DNA from: an uncultured delta proteobacterium
GTDB lineage: Bacteria; Desulfobacterota; Desulfobacteria; Desulfobacterales; JAFDCJ01
DNA: 64,000 bases
NCBI GenBank assembly: GCA_963769935.1
Contig: CAVYNY010000010.1
Span: forward strand, 224,001-288,000
Direction: 5' to 3'
Under the pieces are notes generated by a model. It saw nothing but the letters and a program-made list of their open reading frames with translations, had not been told where the DNA came from and did no database searches. Both the position numbers and the translations under genes were made by a program. Below, piece after piece: positions 40,732 to 49,850 of this stretch (within the stretch, counting starts at the first letter, position 1; every line of letters starts with the position of its first letter).

Positions 40732-40873
40732 GAAATAGATTCGCAATCTTTTTGGAATGCTGAACACCCATTGCCGATGCGGCACATATTTTAGCACTTC
40801 TGTGCATAACCATTCGCCGAATTCCACCACTCGCTTCGGATGGCAGGAGGGACAAAAAAATAAAATGCCGGCG
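40732..40873 (-). mobile_element. IS91-like transposase zinc-binding domain remnant
   Basis: RRHF[7-nt insertion]CPSCHPKRVVEFGEWLCTEVLKYVPHRQWVFSIPKRLRIYF; truncated at both ends. Confidence 0.78.
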
Positions 40874-41545
40874 GGTGAACAAGGGGCCTCACCGATTGTA
40901 GTTCTGTAAAACGGCTGATAAGAACAGCGATTCGTCCATCTATAGGTCTTGAGAAGTGCATGTCGTAAATAAGCCAGCGAGGACCTGATTGCGGCGGTTT
41001 GAGCAGGTTCCTCTGCCGGTCAGGCCCTTGCTGGGATCGACGATACTTAAGCCGAGGATGATACTCGGAATCAAAACCGTTTTCATTTTTGTATTCATGC
41101 TACACCTCAATCAAATTATTTTTTTATATATTGTGGCTATTTCTGTTTATAGCTCGCTATAAGAATAATCATACCGGCTCGATTTGTGTATGGGTGAAAG
41201 GTTGTATTTTTCTTCGAAATATGTAGTATGGGAGTCCCCATTGGAAGGCCCCCGTGGTATCATTATCGGGGATATACGATGGAATTATTTGCCATACAAT
41301 GGAATCGTGCCGTTATCACCGGTGAATACAAAATATGCGTTTCAGGCTTTCCGCGCAAATAATGAATCCTTTGACGACATAACTGCTTTCGATTATCGGA
41401 TAACCATCGTTGTTTTCCGTTTAAGCCTTTTGCAAGTCGGCGATTTTCTTTAAATCCGGGCAGGGTCGCGGACAGGCGGCGGGGTTGGAATGCGTGTCCC
41501 GATCTCTGCGGCCGTTGCGACCTTGTTGCGGAGAAGGCTATTAGC

Positions 41546-42775
41546 TTGAAAAAACTCAGCTCAGCGAGTATCGGTTTAAACCGCACTGTTGCGGCATTGT
41601 CGGTGGCGCGCCTGGCGGATGCGTTGGGCAACAGCCTGCTTTTCGTCGTGATTCCCCTCTATGTTGCGAAGTTGCCGGCCCCGTGGTTCCCATGGTCGGA
41701 TGAGATGCGGGCCGGATTTCTCATCTCCCTGTATGGATTCGTGAATGCCTTGATTCAGCCGGTCGCAGGGGCGCTCAGCGACCGGCTGAACAAGCGCAAA
41801 CCCTTCATCCTGGCCGGCTTGGTTCTGATGGGTCTCGGCACGCTGCTTTTCGTTTTGGCCGGTCGATTTGCAGATCTGGTGGTGCTGCGCGCGATCCAGG
41901 GCTTCGGCGTTGCCCTGACGATTCCCGCCTCGATGGCGCTGATGGCTACTGCAAGTAACCGCAAGACCCGCGGCGGCTCGATGGGGATCTACAGCACTTC
42001 GCGCATGGCGGGCTTTGCCACCGGCCCTTTGATCGGCGGGTTTCTCTACGATCGGTTCGGCTTTGATCCGGCTTTCTACATTGGGGCCGCATTGATCGCC
42101 GTGGCCTTGATCCTGGTGCAGCTGATGGTGAGAGACATCCCCCAACAAGACGCAGGCCGGCCGGTCCGCCGCTTCCAAGTGTTGGACCGTCGGCTTTTGA
42201 GTGCCGGGATTCTTGGAGCAGCTCTTTCCACTTTTATGATGGCTGCAGCGTTTGCGATGATGACCCCTCTGGAAGCCCGGTTCAACGCGCGGCTGCATGA
42301 AACGGCCCTGGATTTCGGTATTGCTTTCAGCGCACTGCTGGTCAGCAGACTCGTGCTCCAGATTCCGATCGGCCGGCTCTCCGATCGTTTTGGGCGCAAA
42401 CCTTTTATTATTGGCGGGCTGCTGCTGATGGGGGTTTCGACTGCCGTGCTGGGCGAAGCCAGGAGCAGCCTTGAACTCATCTGGCTGCGGGTGATTCAGG
42501 GAGCCGGGGCGGCCGGAATCGCAGCCCCGGCATTTGCGCTGGCAGCAGATCTGACCTACCGGGGAGGTGAGGCTCGGCAGATGAGCGTTATCACGATGGG
42601 ATTCGGGCTCGGTATCGCCACGGGGCCATTCCTGGCGGGTCTGCTGGCCGGAGCGAATTTCGACCTGCCCTTTGTTTTGGTCGGAGCCTTGCTGGTGATC
42701 AGTGCCTGGGTTATCTACCGCAAGGTTCCGGAGACGGTCGGGCAAAAATCCGATATCACGGCAAAGCCGAATTGA
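41546..42775 (+). CDS. MFS transporter (DHA1-like)
   Basis: GALSDRLNKRKP and GRLSDRFGRKP motif A, RAIQGFG; TTG start. Confidence 0.9.
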   Translation: MKKLSSASIGLNRTVAALSVARLADALGNSLLFVVIPLYVAKLPAPWFPWSDEMRAGFLISLYGFVNALIQPVAGALSDRLNKRKPFILAGLVLMGLGTLLFVLAGRFADLVVLRAIQGFGVALTIPASMALMATASNRKTRGGSMGIYSTSRMAGFATGPLIGGFLYDRFGFDPAFYIGAALIAVALILVQLMVRDIPQQDAGRPVRRFQVLDRRLLSAGILGAALSTFMMAAAFAMMTPLEARFNARLHETALDFGIAFSALLVSRLVLQIPIGRLSDRFGRKPFIIGGLLLMGVSTAVLGEARSSLELIWLRVIQGAGAAGIAAPAFALAADLTYRGGEARQMSVITMGFGLGIATGPFLAGLLAGANFDLPFVLVGALLVISAWVIYRKVPETVGQKSDITAKPN

Positions 42776-42925
42776 GGCAGCTTTCGAGATCGCCCGCAGC
42801 CTGGTTTGGGCAAACTAAAAAAGCCGCTGGAAAAAATCTGCAGATAGACGGGTGACAGGAGATCTGCACAGATGTTGAGAACCTGAGGATGTTCCCGGGT
42901 TCCAGTTTGTCTTAAGGATGTCGCG

Positions 42926-43822
42926 ATGATAAATCCCAGCGAGACGCAGGGGCAGGTGCGGCTGGATGTGACCCTGGCGGGGCCGCTTTTCATGCTGTCG
43001 GCCGCACTGTTGTTTACGTTGTTCAATGTTATCATCAAGCTGTTGAACCCGCAGTTCAGGGTCTGGGACATCGGATTTTACAGGTTTTGCGGCGGCGCGT
43101 TGGTGTTGCTGGCTGTTTTCGGGCGCCGCCGAAATCCATTCCGGGGTCACAACATTCCCCTGCTCGTCATACGGGGGTGCACCGGGTCGGTGGCATTCGT
43201 GCTGGTGGTGACGGCGATCCGGCTGCTGCCCGTATCCACGGCGCTGGTCATCTTTTATTCCTTCCCGATCTTTTCTGCCCTTTTTTCCTTTCTGATCTAT
43301 GGCGAGCGCGTTGGAGCGTCGGAGATCGCCTGTATCGTCGCGGTCGTGATCGGCATCGGAATTCTCTTTGATTTACAGCTCGCAGAAGGCCTGTTCGGCC
43401 AGATTGTCGCGCTGGCGGGGGGCGTGTTTGCCGGGCTTACTGTGACCTTGATTCGCTCGCTGCGTGAGAAAAACGGCCCGGTCATCATCTACCTCTATTT
43501 TTGCACGATCGGCACTCTGGTGACGTTGCCCAAGTTCCTGCAGCATCCGGTTGTACCGTCGACCCCGGTGGAATGGGTGATGGTTTTGGGAATCATCCTT
43601 ATTTCAGTGGCTGCTCAGCTGTTGATGAACCAGGGCTATTTTTACTGCCGGGGATGGGAAGGCGGGGTATTCATGTCCAGCGAAGCCGTCTTCACCGCGA
43701 TCGTCGGCATCGTCTTTCTGGGCGACCCTGCCACGTGGCGTTTCTGGATCGGTGGACTCATCATCCTGTTCAGCAGCGTTGCGTTGAATCGGCTCAGGGC
43801 CAGCCGCAACAGTCAAGGATAA
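42926..43822 (+). CDS. DMT/EamA family transporter
   Basis: About 10 TM in two EamA repeats (PIFSALFSFLIYGER; AIVGIVFLGD). Confidence 0.88.
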   Translation: MINPSETQGQVRLDVTLAGPLFMLSAALLFTLFNVIIKLLNPQFRVWDIGFYRFCGGALVLLAVFGRRRNPFRGHNIPLLVIRGCTGSVAFVLVVTAIRLLPVSTALVIFYSFPIFSALFSFLIYGERVGASEIACIVAVVIGIGILFDLQLAEGLFGQIVALAGGVFAGLTVTLIRSLREKNGPVIIYLYFCTIGTLVTLPKFLQHPVVPSTPVEWVMVLGIILISVAAQLLMNQGYFYCRGWEGGVFMSSEAVFTAIVGIVFLGDPATWRFWIGGLIILFSSVALNRLRASRNSQG

Positions 43823-43878
43823 ATTACCCTGAAGCAGCGGGGTGAAACCATCGTCGATTTAGGGTTCACGAACAAAAA

Positions 43879-44982
43879 TTACAAGTCGCTGATTCTCAGC
43901 ACGGGCTTGATGGTTTCGCCCTGCCTCGCATCGGCGATGGCCCGGTTGATGTCGCTGAAGCGATAGAACTTCACAAGACGGTCAAAGGGAAACTGGCCGG
44001 CCTGGAAAAGTTCGATCAGCTTTGGGATAAAGCGCTGCGGCACAGCGTCGCCCTGAATGATGTGAACGGTTTTGCGTCCCTGTGCAAGAGCGTCCGTGCC
44101 GCGGCCGCCGGCCAGAAGCGCTGCGGTGCCATGCGAATTCAACACCTCGATGGTGAGCCGGTCCATTTTCGGGCTGCCGGTATTTTCCACCACGTAGTCG
44201 ACGCCGCTGCCGGTGATAGCGGTAATGCGGGCGGCGACGTCATTATGGCGGTTGTCGATTGCATGCGTGGCGCCCAACGTCAATGCCAGCTCAAGCCGTT
44301 TGGGTTTAAGGTCGACAGCGATGATCGGGCCGGCGCAGACGATGCGGGCCGCCATGACCGCCGCCAGGCCGACCGCTCCCGCACCGAAGATGGCGATACT
44401 TGCGCCGCGCGGGACCTTCAGTGAATTCATGACCGTACCGGCTCCCGTCTGCAGGCCGCAGCCAAGCGGGGCCAGGACTTCCAGCGGCAGTTCCCTGGAT
44501 ACCTTGACGAGGTTGCGTTCGGTCGCCAGGGTGCGGGTGGCAAACGAAGACTGGCCGAAGAAGTGCCCGCGTACGTTGCTGCGCTGCAGCGCATTGCTGC
44601 CGTCCAAGCGCATGAAACCGAAATTGGCCTCGTAAAAGTACTCACAGTCCGCCGGGCGTCCGTTCCGGCATTCACGGCAGCCTCCGCAAGATTGGTAGGA
44701 GAGCACGACATGATCGCCACGCCGGACGCTCTTCACCCTCTTGCCGACCCGCTCCACCACCCCCGCACCTTCATGTCCCAGCACCACCGCGCCGTCGGTC
44801 CGGTCCCAGTGGTCGCAGAAGTCTATATCGGTGCGGCAGATTCCCGTGGCGACAAGGCGCACCAGCACTTCGTCGTCCCGGGGACCCTCCAGATACAAAG
44901 ATTCGATCTTCAAGGGGCCGCCCTTGTTGCGCAAAACAGCCGCCAGAATTTTGTGTGCCTGCATGTTGGAAGGAGTATTCAA
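43879..44982 (-). CDS. Zn-dependent NAD(P) alcohol dehydrogenase, aryl-alcohol dehydrogenase-like
   Basis: GICRTD, LGHEGAG, CGGCREC, FFGQSSFA and PLGCGLQTGAG motifs. Confidence 0.9.
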   Translation of the reverse strand: MNTPSNMQAHKILAAVLRNKGGPLKIESLYLEGPRDDEVLVRLVATGICRTDIDFCDHWDRTDGAVVLGHEGAGVVERVGKRVKSVRRGDHVVLSYQSCGGCRECRNGRPADCEYFYEANFGFMRLDGSNALQRSNVRGHFFGQSSFATRTLATERNLVKVSRELPLEVLAPLGCGLQTGAGTVMNSLKVPRGASIAIFGAGAVGLAAVMAARIVCAGPIIAVDLKPKRLELALTLGATHAIDNRHNDVAARITAITGSGVDYVVENTGSPKMDRLTIEVLNSHGTAALLAGGRGTDALAQGRKTVHIIQGDAVPQRFIPKLIELFQAGQFPFDRLVKFYRFSDINRAIADARQGETIKPVLRISDL

Positions 44983-45426
44983 CGCTGCACCCCCCGGGCT
45001 CTGATCACCGGCCGTCCTTCAAAAGGAAATTCGCATTTAATTCGGTCACATAAGGCCGCCAAAAGCTGAAGCGGCGCCGATGACGTTCGTCCCGGACAGC
45101 TACCAACTGTTCAAAATGATCCTCGCCGCATCGGCAATAGGCACTTGCTTTGGGATTGCGCGCTTGATAAAAATCAAAATTAATTATTATGACACTAAGT
45201 GGATCCCAGCTATTCGGATCGCTGCCACGCTTTAGGCTGCCGACAAGTATAGCCTAATTCCTCTTGCCAAGGGAGGAGCTAGAGTGACGCAGATACAGCC
45301 TGATTCCGTGCTTTACTTATTCCGCCTGGGGAGCTAAATTTTAAGCCGTTGAACCGAGGTGTCTTGTAAATCGCTTCTGATTTTCTTGCAACCAATTTCA
45401 GGCAGCAAAGACGGAGAACCGCCGTA

Positions 45427-46860
45427 ATGGAAAAGAGTCATATCCTTGTTATCGATGATGAACCTGTAATTTGCCAAGGCTGTCGTCTGACGCTTTCAGA
45501 GCAGGGTCTTGTGGTGGAAACCTGCCGCAGAGGCAAAGATGCCCTTGAAATGCTGCTTGGGGGAGACTACGATCTGGCTCTGCTGGACATGAAGCTCCCG
45601 GATATGGACGGAATGGAGATTTTACGGAACCTCAAAAACGAAAGACCCGAAGTATATGTAATTGTCATGACCGGCTATTCCAGCGTCAGAAATGCCGTGG
45701 AAGCTATGAAATTGGGGGCTTTTGACTATCTCTCCAAGCCGTTTTCGGATGAAGAACTGCTGATCGCTGTGGAAAGGGCCATGGAGAACAAACGCCTGAA
45801 AGAAGAAAATCTTGCCCTCCGCCATCAGCTCAGCGAGCGGTATGATTTTGGCAATATAATCGGCGAAGACCCCAAAATAATTGAAGTATTTGATCAAATA
45901 CGAAAGGTCGCCCCCACCGACAGCACGGTGTTGCTGAGTGGTGATAGCGGCACGGGCAAAGAGCTTTTCGCTCGCGCTATTCACGCCCACAGCAAAAGGG
46001 CTGCACGACAATTCATAGCGGTGGATTGCAGTACGTTCTCGGCATCTTTGTTGGAAAGTGAGCTGTTCGGGCATGTTAAAGGCGCTTTTACCGGTGCGGT
46101 TAAAGATAAAGCCGGCATCTTCGAAGTGGCCGACCACGGCTCCCTTTTTCTGGACGAGGTGGCCAACTTGGACGTGGATATTCAGGCCAAACTACTGCGA
46201 TCCATGGAAACCCAGGAATTCAAACCAGTGGGCGCCAGTCACCTGAAAAGATCGGATATGCGCATCATTGCCGCCACCAACCGGGATTTGAAAACCATGG
46301 TGGATGAGGGCAATTTCCGGGAAGATCTCTTTTACCGCTTAAACGTATTTCCCATCTTAATCCCCCCGCTCAGAGAGAGAAGGGATGATATTCCGAGGTT
46401 GCTTTACCATTTCTTGAAGCTATACTGTCGCCAGACCGGCAAGCGAATCGACGGTTTTTCTGACGATGCCCTCAGAATGCTGATAAACTATGATTGGCCG
46501 GGAAATGTTCGTGAACTCAAAAATGTGGTCGAACGGCTGGTTATCCTCGCCGATGAACAAATTCTGGATCACCAAAGCTTGTCCGACCATTGGGGGATAA
46601 AGCGTAATCACCTCCCGGACGTCGTCCCAAAAACGTTGACAGCGCTCAAAGCAGTGAAGCAGCACCTGCTGGAAAACCAATTCGGTCAAATCGAAAAGGC
46701 TTTCGTTCAAGAGGCCCTTTCCGCTGAAAACGGCAATATCAGCCAAGCAGCCAAGCGAGTGGGCATGCAGCGATCAAATTTTTCCGCGCTCGTGAAAAAG
46801 CATGGCTTGTCTGCAAATCCCGCCAAAATGGCTTCGAAGGAGGGGCAGCATCTGAAATAA
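45427..46860 (+). CDS. Sigma54-dependent response regulator (NtrC family)
   Basis: REC domain, GDSGTGKE, ESELFGHVKGAFTGA, WPGNVREL and Fis-type HTH. Confidence 0.95.
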   Translation: MEKSHILVIDDEPVICQGCRLTLSEQGLVVETCRRGKDALEMLLGGDYDLALLDMKLPDMDGMEILRNLKNERPEVYVIVMTGYSSVRNAVEAMKLGAFDYLSKPFSDEELLIAVERAMENKRLKEENLALRHQLSERYDFGNIIGEDPKIIEVFDQIRKVAPTDSTVLLSGDSGTGKELFARAIHAHSKRAARQFIAVDCSTFSASLLESELFGHVKGAFTGAVKDKAGIFEVADHGSLFLDEVANLDVDIQAKLLRSMETQEFKPVGASHLKRSDMRIIAATNRDLKTMVDEGNFREDLFYRLNVFPILIPPLRERRDDIPRLLYHFLKLYCRQTGKRIDGFSDDALRMLINYDWPGNVRELKNVVERLVILADEQILDHQSLSDHWGIKRNHLPDVVPKTLTALKAVKQHLLENQFGQIEKAFVQEALSAENGNISQAAKRVGMQRSNFSALVKKHGLSANPAKMASKEGQHLK

Positions 46861-47093
46861 CGATTGCCTGTGCCGGGTTCCGTATAGAAGCCCATATGTG
46901 CGTATAACAGTTTATACAAACTTAACGTTTTTAGATTATTACAAAAAATATCAATCCGGCCATTCTGCTCATATAAAGAAATATACGCTGCCTCAATTCA
47001 AGGGCCAAGTGGATTGTCGCCTGCTGGCATACAACATCCCGATATAAAACACAATCCGATCTATATGATTTTCTTGCGGGTTTGCCTTGTTTT

Positions 47094-47108
47094 TGGCACA
47101 GCCTTTGC
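47094..47108 (+). promoter_or_regulatory. Sigma54 (-24/-12) promoter
   Basis: TGGCAC-AGCCT-TTGC exact consensus spacing, about 85 bp upstream of the ATG at 47195. Confidence 0.8.
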
Positions 47109-47194
47109 TCAGTAAAATATCGAATGTCGAGCAAAGTTCGGGAAAAATCAGGCTTGGAATTTTATCTGAAACATTAGTGAGAGGAGGTATTTAC

Positions 47195-47884
47195 ATGACA
47201 CGCCTACATGAAAATGCAGCAGTCGATTATGCTCCGCCCCCCCATATTTTAGTGATGGAAGATGATCAGAGTGTGGCCAAGGGGCTGGAGATGGTTTTGA
47301 GCGAGGAAGGCTATTTTGTAAATCTTGCAGATACGGGCGAGCTTGCCCTGGAAGCTTTTAAGCAAAAACGCTTTGATCTACTGGTGGCGGACTTGCGGCT
47401 GCCGGGTATCGGCGGGATGGAAGTCATCAAACAGGTCAAAGAAGCAACACCCGAAACCCAGATCATCGTGATTACAGGATATGGCACCACTGCCACAGCT
47501 GTGGAAGCCATGAGGCTCGGAGTTCATGATTTTCTGCCCAAACCCTTTACCGAAGATCAAATTAAGGCGGCCATCGGTGAAGCGCTTCAGAAGCAGGCGG
47601 AAAAACCTGCTGAAGCCGTTGTCAATAGGGCTGAAACAGAAGAACAAAAACTCATCCAGAAGCGGGAGATCCTTGCGGTATTAGGCCGGACTGCCGAAGA
47701 CATGGATTTCTGGACCGATTTGATGGAAAACGGATCTTCAGCCCTGACGGGCTATCAGCTTTCCAGCGAAGCCCAAGCGGCCATCGTATCCGGCGACTTG
47801 AGATGGATTAATGAAAATGTGGGAGAGCTTACCCAGAAACAACTGATGTTCATCTATAAGCGCCTGGAGCGGGAGGCCTGGTAA
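47195..47884 (+). CDS. Response regulator: REC domain plus small C-terminal helical domain
   Basis: ILVMEDD, DLRLPG and FLPKPF motifs; GGAGG RBS. Confidence 0.85.
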   Translation: MTRLHENAAVDYAPPPHILVMEDDQSVAKGLEMVLSEEGYFVNLADTGELALEAFKQKRFDLLVADLRLPGIGGMEVIKQVKEATPETQIIVITGYGTTATAVEAMRLGVHDFLPKPFTEDQIKAAIGEALQKQAEKPAEAVVNRAETEEQKLIQKREILAVLGRTAEDMDFWTDLMENGSSALTGYQLSSEAQAAIVSGDLRWINENVGELTQKQLMFIYKRLEREAW

Positions 47885-48171
47885 TACCACTCGGACTTTC
47901 CGTACGGACAGTTGAATCACCGGCGAGTCCTCGAAAGAAGTCGAAAGCCCGGCTTGCGAAGCAGCGCCGGGCCTCCTGGTGCTCGGGTCGATCAGAGCCT
48001 GACGGCTGGCCTTGAGCAAACAGGAATTTATCTTGCGGCGGCAGATGGGATAACACAATTAAAGCAGTTTAGGATGATGTTGACGGCAGAAACCGTTTTT
48101 TCTAACTTTATTTATTTTGGGTGCAAGTCACACCTTGCAATACGTGGTGGGGTTTGCGCGGTAGGTACCCC

Positions 48172-49410
48172 ATGACTTCCTCGACGGAATTTGAAAATTA
48201 TTTCCACGTCTTCAGAGATATCATTCGAGCCATGCACTCCAGCAGCAGCCTGAAGGACGTGCTGAATGTGGTCGTGACCAAATCCGCTGATGTTCTGAAT
48301 GCGAAAGGCACGTTACTCAGAATTCGCAACAAAGAAACCAACCAGTTCGAAGTCAGGGCCGCCTACGGGCTGGGCGAACACTATCTGTTCAAGGGCCCGG
48401 TCACCACGGAAAAGTTGCTGTCGAACCCAAGCCAACTGCACAAGGTGCAGATCATCACGGACATCTGGCAAGCTCCCCGGGTTGAGTACCCGCAGCAAGC
48501 GTGGGATGAAGGTGTCCGCATGATGGTTGATGTACCGCTGGCCATCAAAGATGAGATGGTAGGTCTGATTCGCATCTACCTCACACAGCCGCGCGAGTTT
48601 TCCAGGGATGAGTTGGATTTTCTCGTCACGGTCGCCGAGCAATGCGCCTGTGTCATTGAACGGGTCCAGCTGATGGAAAACCGGCAGGCTCAGTTCACTC
48701 ATCTGGCAGGCCAGATGGAAAAACTGTCCGCGCTGGGCCGCATGGCCGCGGGAATCGCCCACGAAATCAACAACCCGCTGACCGGAATCCTGCTTTACAG
48801 TTCAAACATGAGCAAGAAGGTTCCCCCAGGCGGATATCTGGAAGAAGGCCTGAAGATCATCATGCGGGAAACCCAGCGCTGCAAAACCATTATCCAGGGA
48901 TTGCTCGAATTTGCGCGCCATAGAGAACCGCAGAAGGTCTTGGCCGATATCAACGATATTATGGAAAACGCCCTCAGCATCGTGAGCAATGAGTTTCACC
49001 TGCGGCATGTGCAACTTGAAAAACAGCTGGCCGAAAACATGGCCAAAACGATGCTGGATAAAACCCAAATCGAACAGGTATTTGTCAACTTACTGCTCAA
49101 TGCATTGCAGGCGGTCACAGAAAACGGTCGGATCACCGTCCGAAGTGCCATGGACCGGGGGCAAGAAAGAATCGAGGTCGAAGTTGCCGATAATGGCTGT
49201 GGCATTACCGTGGAGGATATCAAGAAAATTTTCGATCCGTTCTACTCTACAAGGAACGACGGAACCGGGCTGGGCTTGTCGGTCAGCTACGGGATCATTA
49301 AGAGTCATGAGGGTGACATCCAAGTGTACAGTGAACCGCGCCGGGATACAAGTTTTAAGGTTGTGCTTCCTATCCTGGTTGAAGAATCCGAGAAAAAAGG
49401 GGGCGCATGA
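48172..49410 (+). CDS. Cytoplasmic GAF-domain histidine kinase
   Basis: GAF N-domain, AHEINNPL H-box, NLLLNA, DNGCG and GTGLGL; no TM segment. Confidence 0.92.
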   Translation: MTSSTEFENYFHVFRDIIRAMHSSSSLKDVLNVVVTKSADVLNAKGTLLRIRNKETNQFEVRAAYGLGEHYLFKGPVTTEKLLSNPSQLHKVQIITDIWQAPRVEYPQQAWDEGVRMMVDVPLAIKDEMVGLIRIYLTQPREFSRDELDFLVTVAEQCACVIERVQLMENRQAQFTHLAGQMEKLSALGRMAAGIAHEINNPLTGILLYSSNMSKKVPPGGYLEEGLKIIMRETQRCKTIIQGLLEFARHREPQKVLADINDIMENALSIVSNEFHLRHVQLEKQLAENMAKTMLDKTQIEQVFVNLLLNALQAVTENGRITVRSAMDRGQERIEVEVADNGCGITVEDIKKIFDPFYSTRNDGTGLGLSVSYGIIKSHEGDIQVYSEPRRDTSFKVVLPILVEESEKKGGA

Positions 49411-49775
49411 AACCGCTCAGAATACTGATCATCGACGATGAAAGCGTCATCTGTGATGCCTGCCGGCTGGTTCTATCGGAAAAAGGATATGGGGTCGATC
49501 ATTGCCTGACCGGCAAAGCCGGTTTGTTGGCCATCGAAAGGGGCAGATATGACGTGATCCTGCTGGATATGAAGCTGCCCGACATAGACGGCACGGAGAT
49601 TCTGAAGGCTGTTAAAGAGAAAGCGCTTGGACCGTGTATGGTTGTCATGACAGGCTATGCCACCATGTCGAATGCGGTGAAAGCCATGAAACTGGGGGCG
49701 GTCGATTATCTGGCCAAGCCGTTTAGCGATGATGAACTGATCGAAGCCGTCGAAAAATGCCGTGCCAACCGTTGA
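49407..49775 (+). CDS. Single-domain response regulator
   Basis: ILIIDDE, LLDMKLP and YLAKPF motifs. Confidence 0.9.
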   Translation: MKPLRILIIDDESVICDACRLVLSEKGYGVDHCLTGKAGLLAIERGRYDVILLDMKLPDIDGTEILKAVKEKALGPCMVVMTGYATMSNAVKAMKLGAVDYLAKPFSDDELIEAVEKCRANR

Positions 49776-49850
49776 GCTCGGGAAGAAATAGGCGGCAGAA
49801 CACTTATTGTGGTCCTATTGCTGAAAATTGAATGAGTAGGGAGTTGTGTA

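Noticed and set aside
44820..44850. GICRTD in place of GICHTD in the alcohol dehydrogenase
   Set aside because: Arg at this position is a normal variant in MDR alcohol dehydrogenases; the Zn ligands are intact
47885..48171. GC-rich hairpins between the response regulator and kinase as a riboswitch (e.g. Moco/Wco)
   Set aside because: No diagnostic conserved motif recognisable by eye; an Rfam/Infernal scan would be needed
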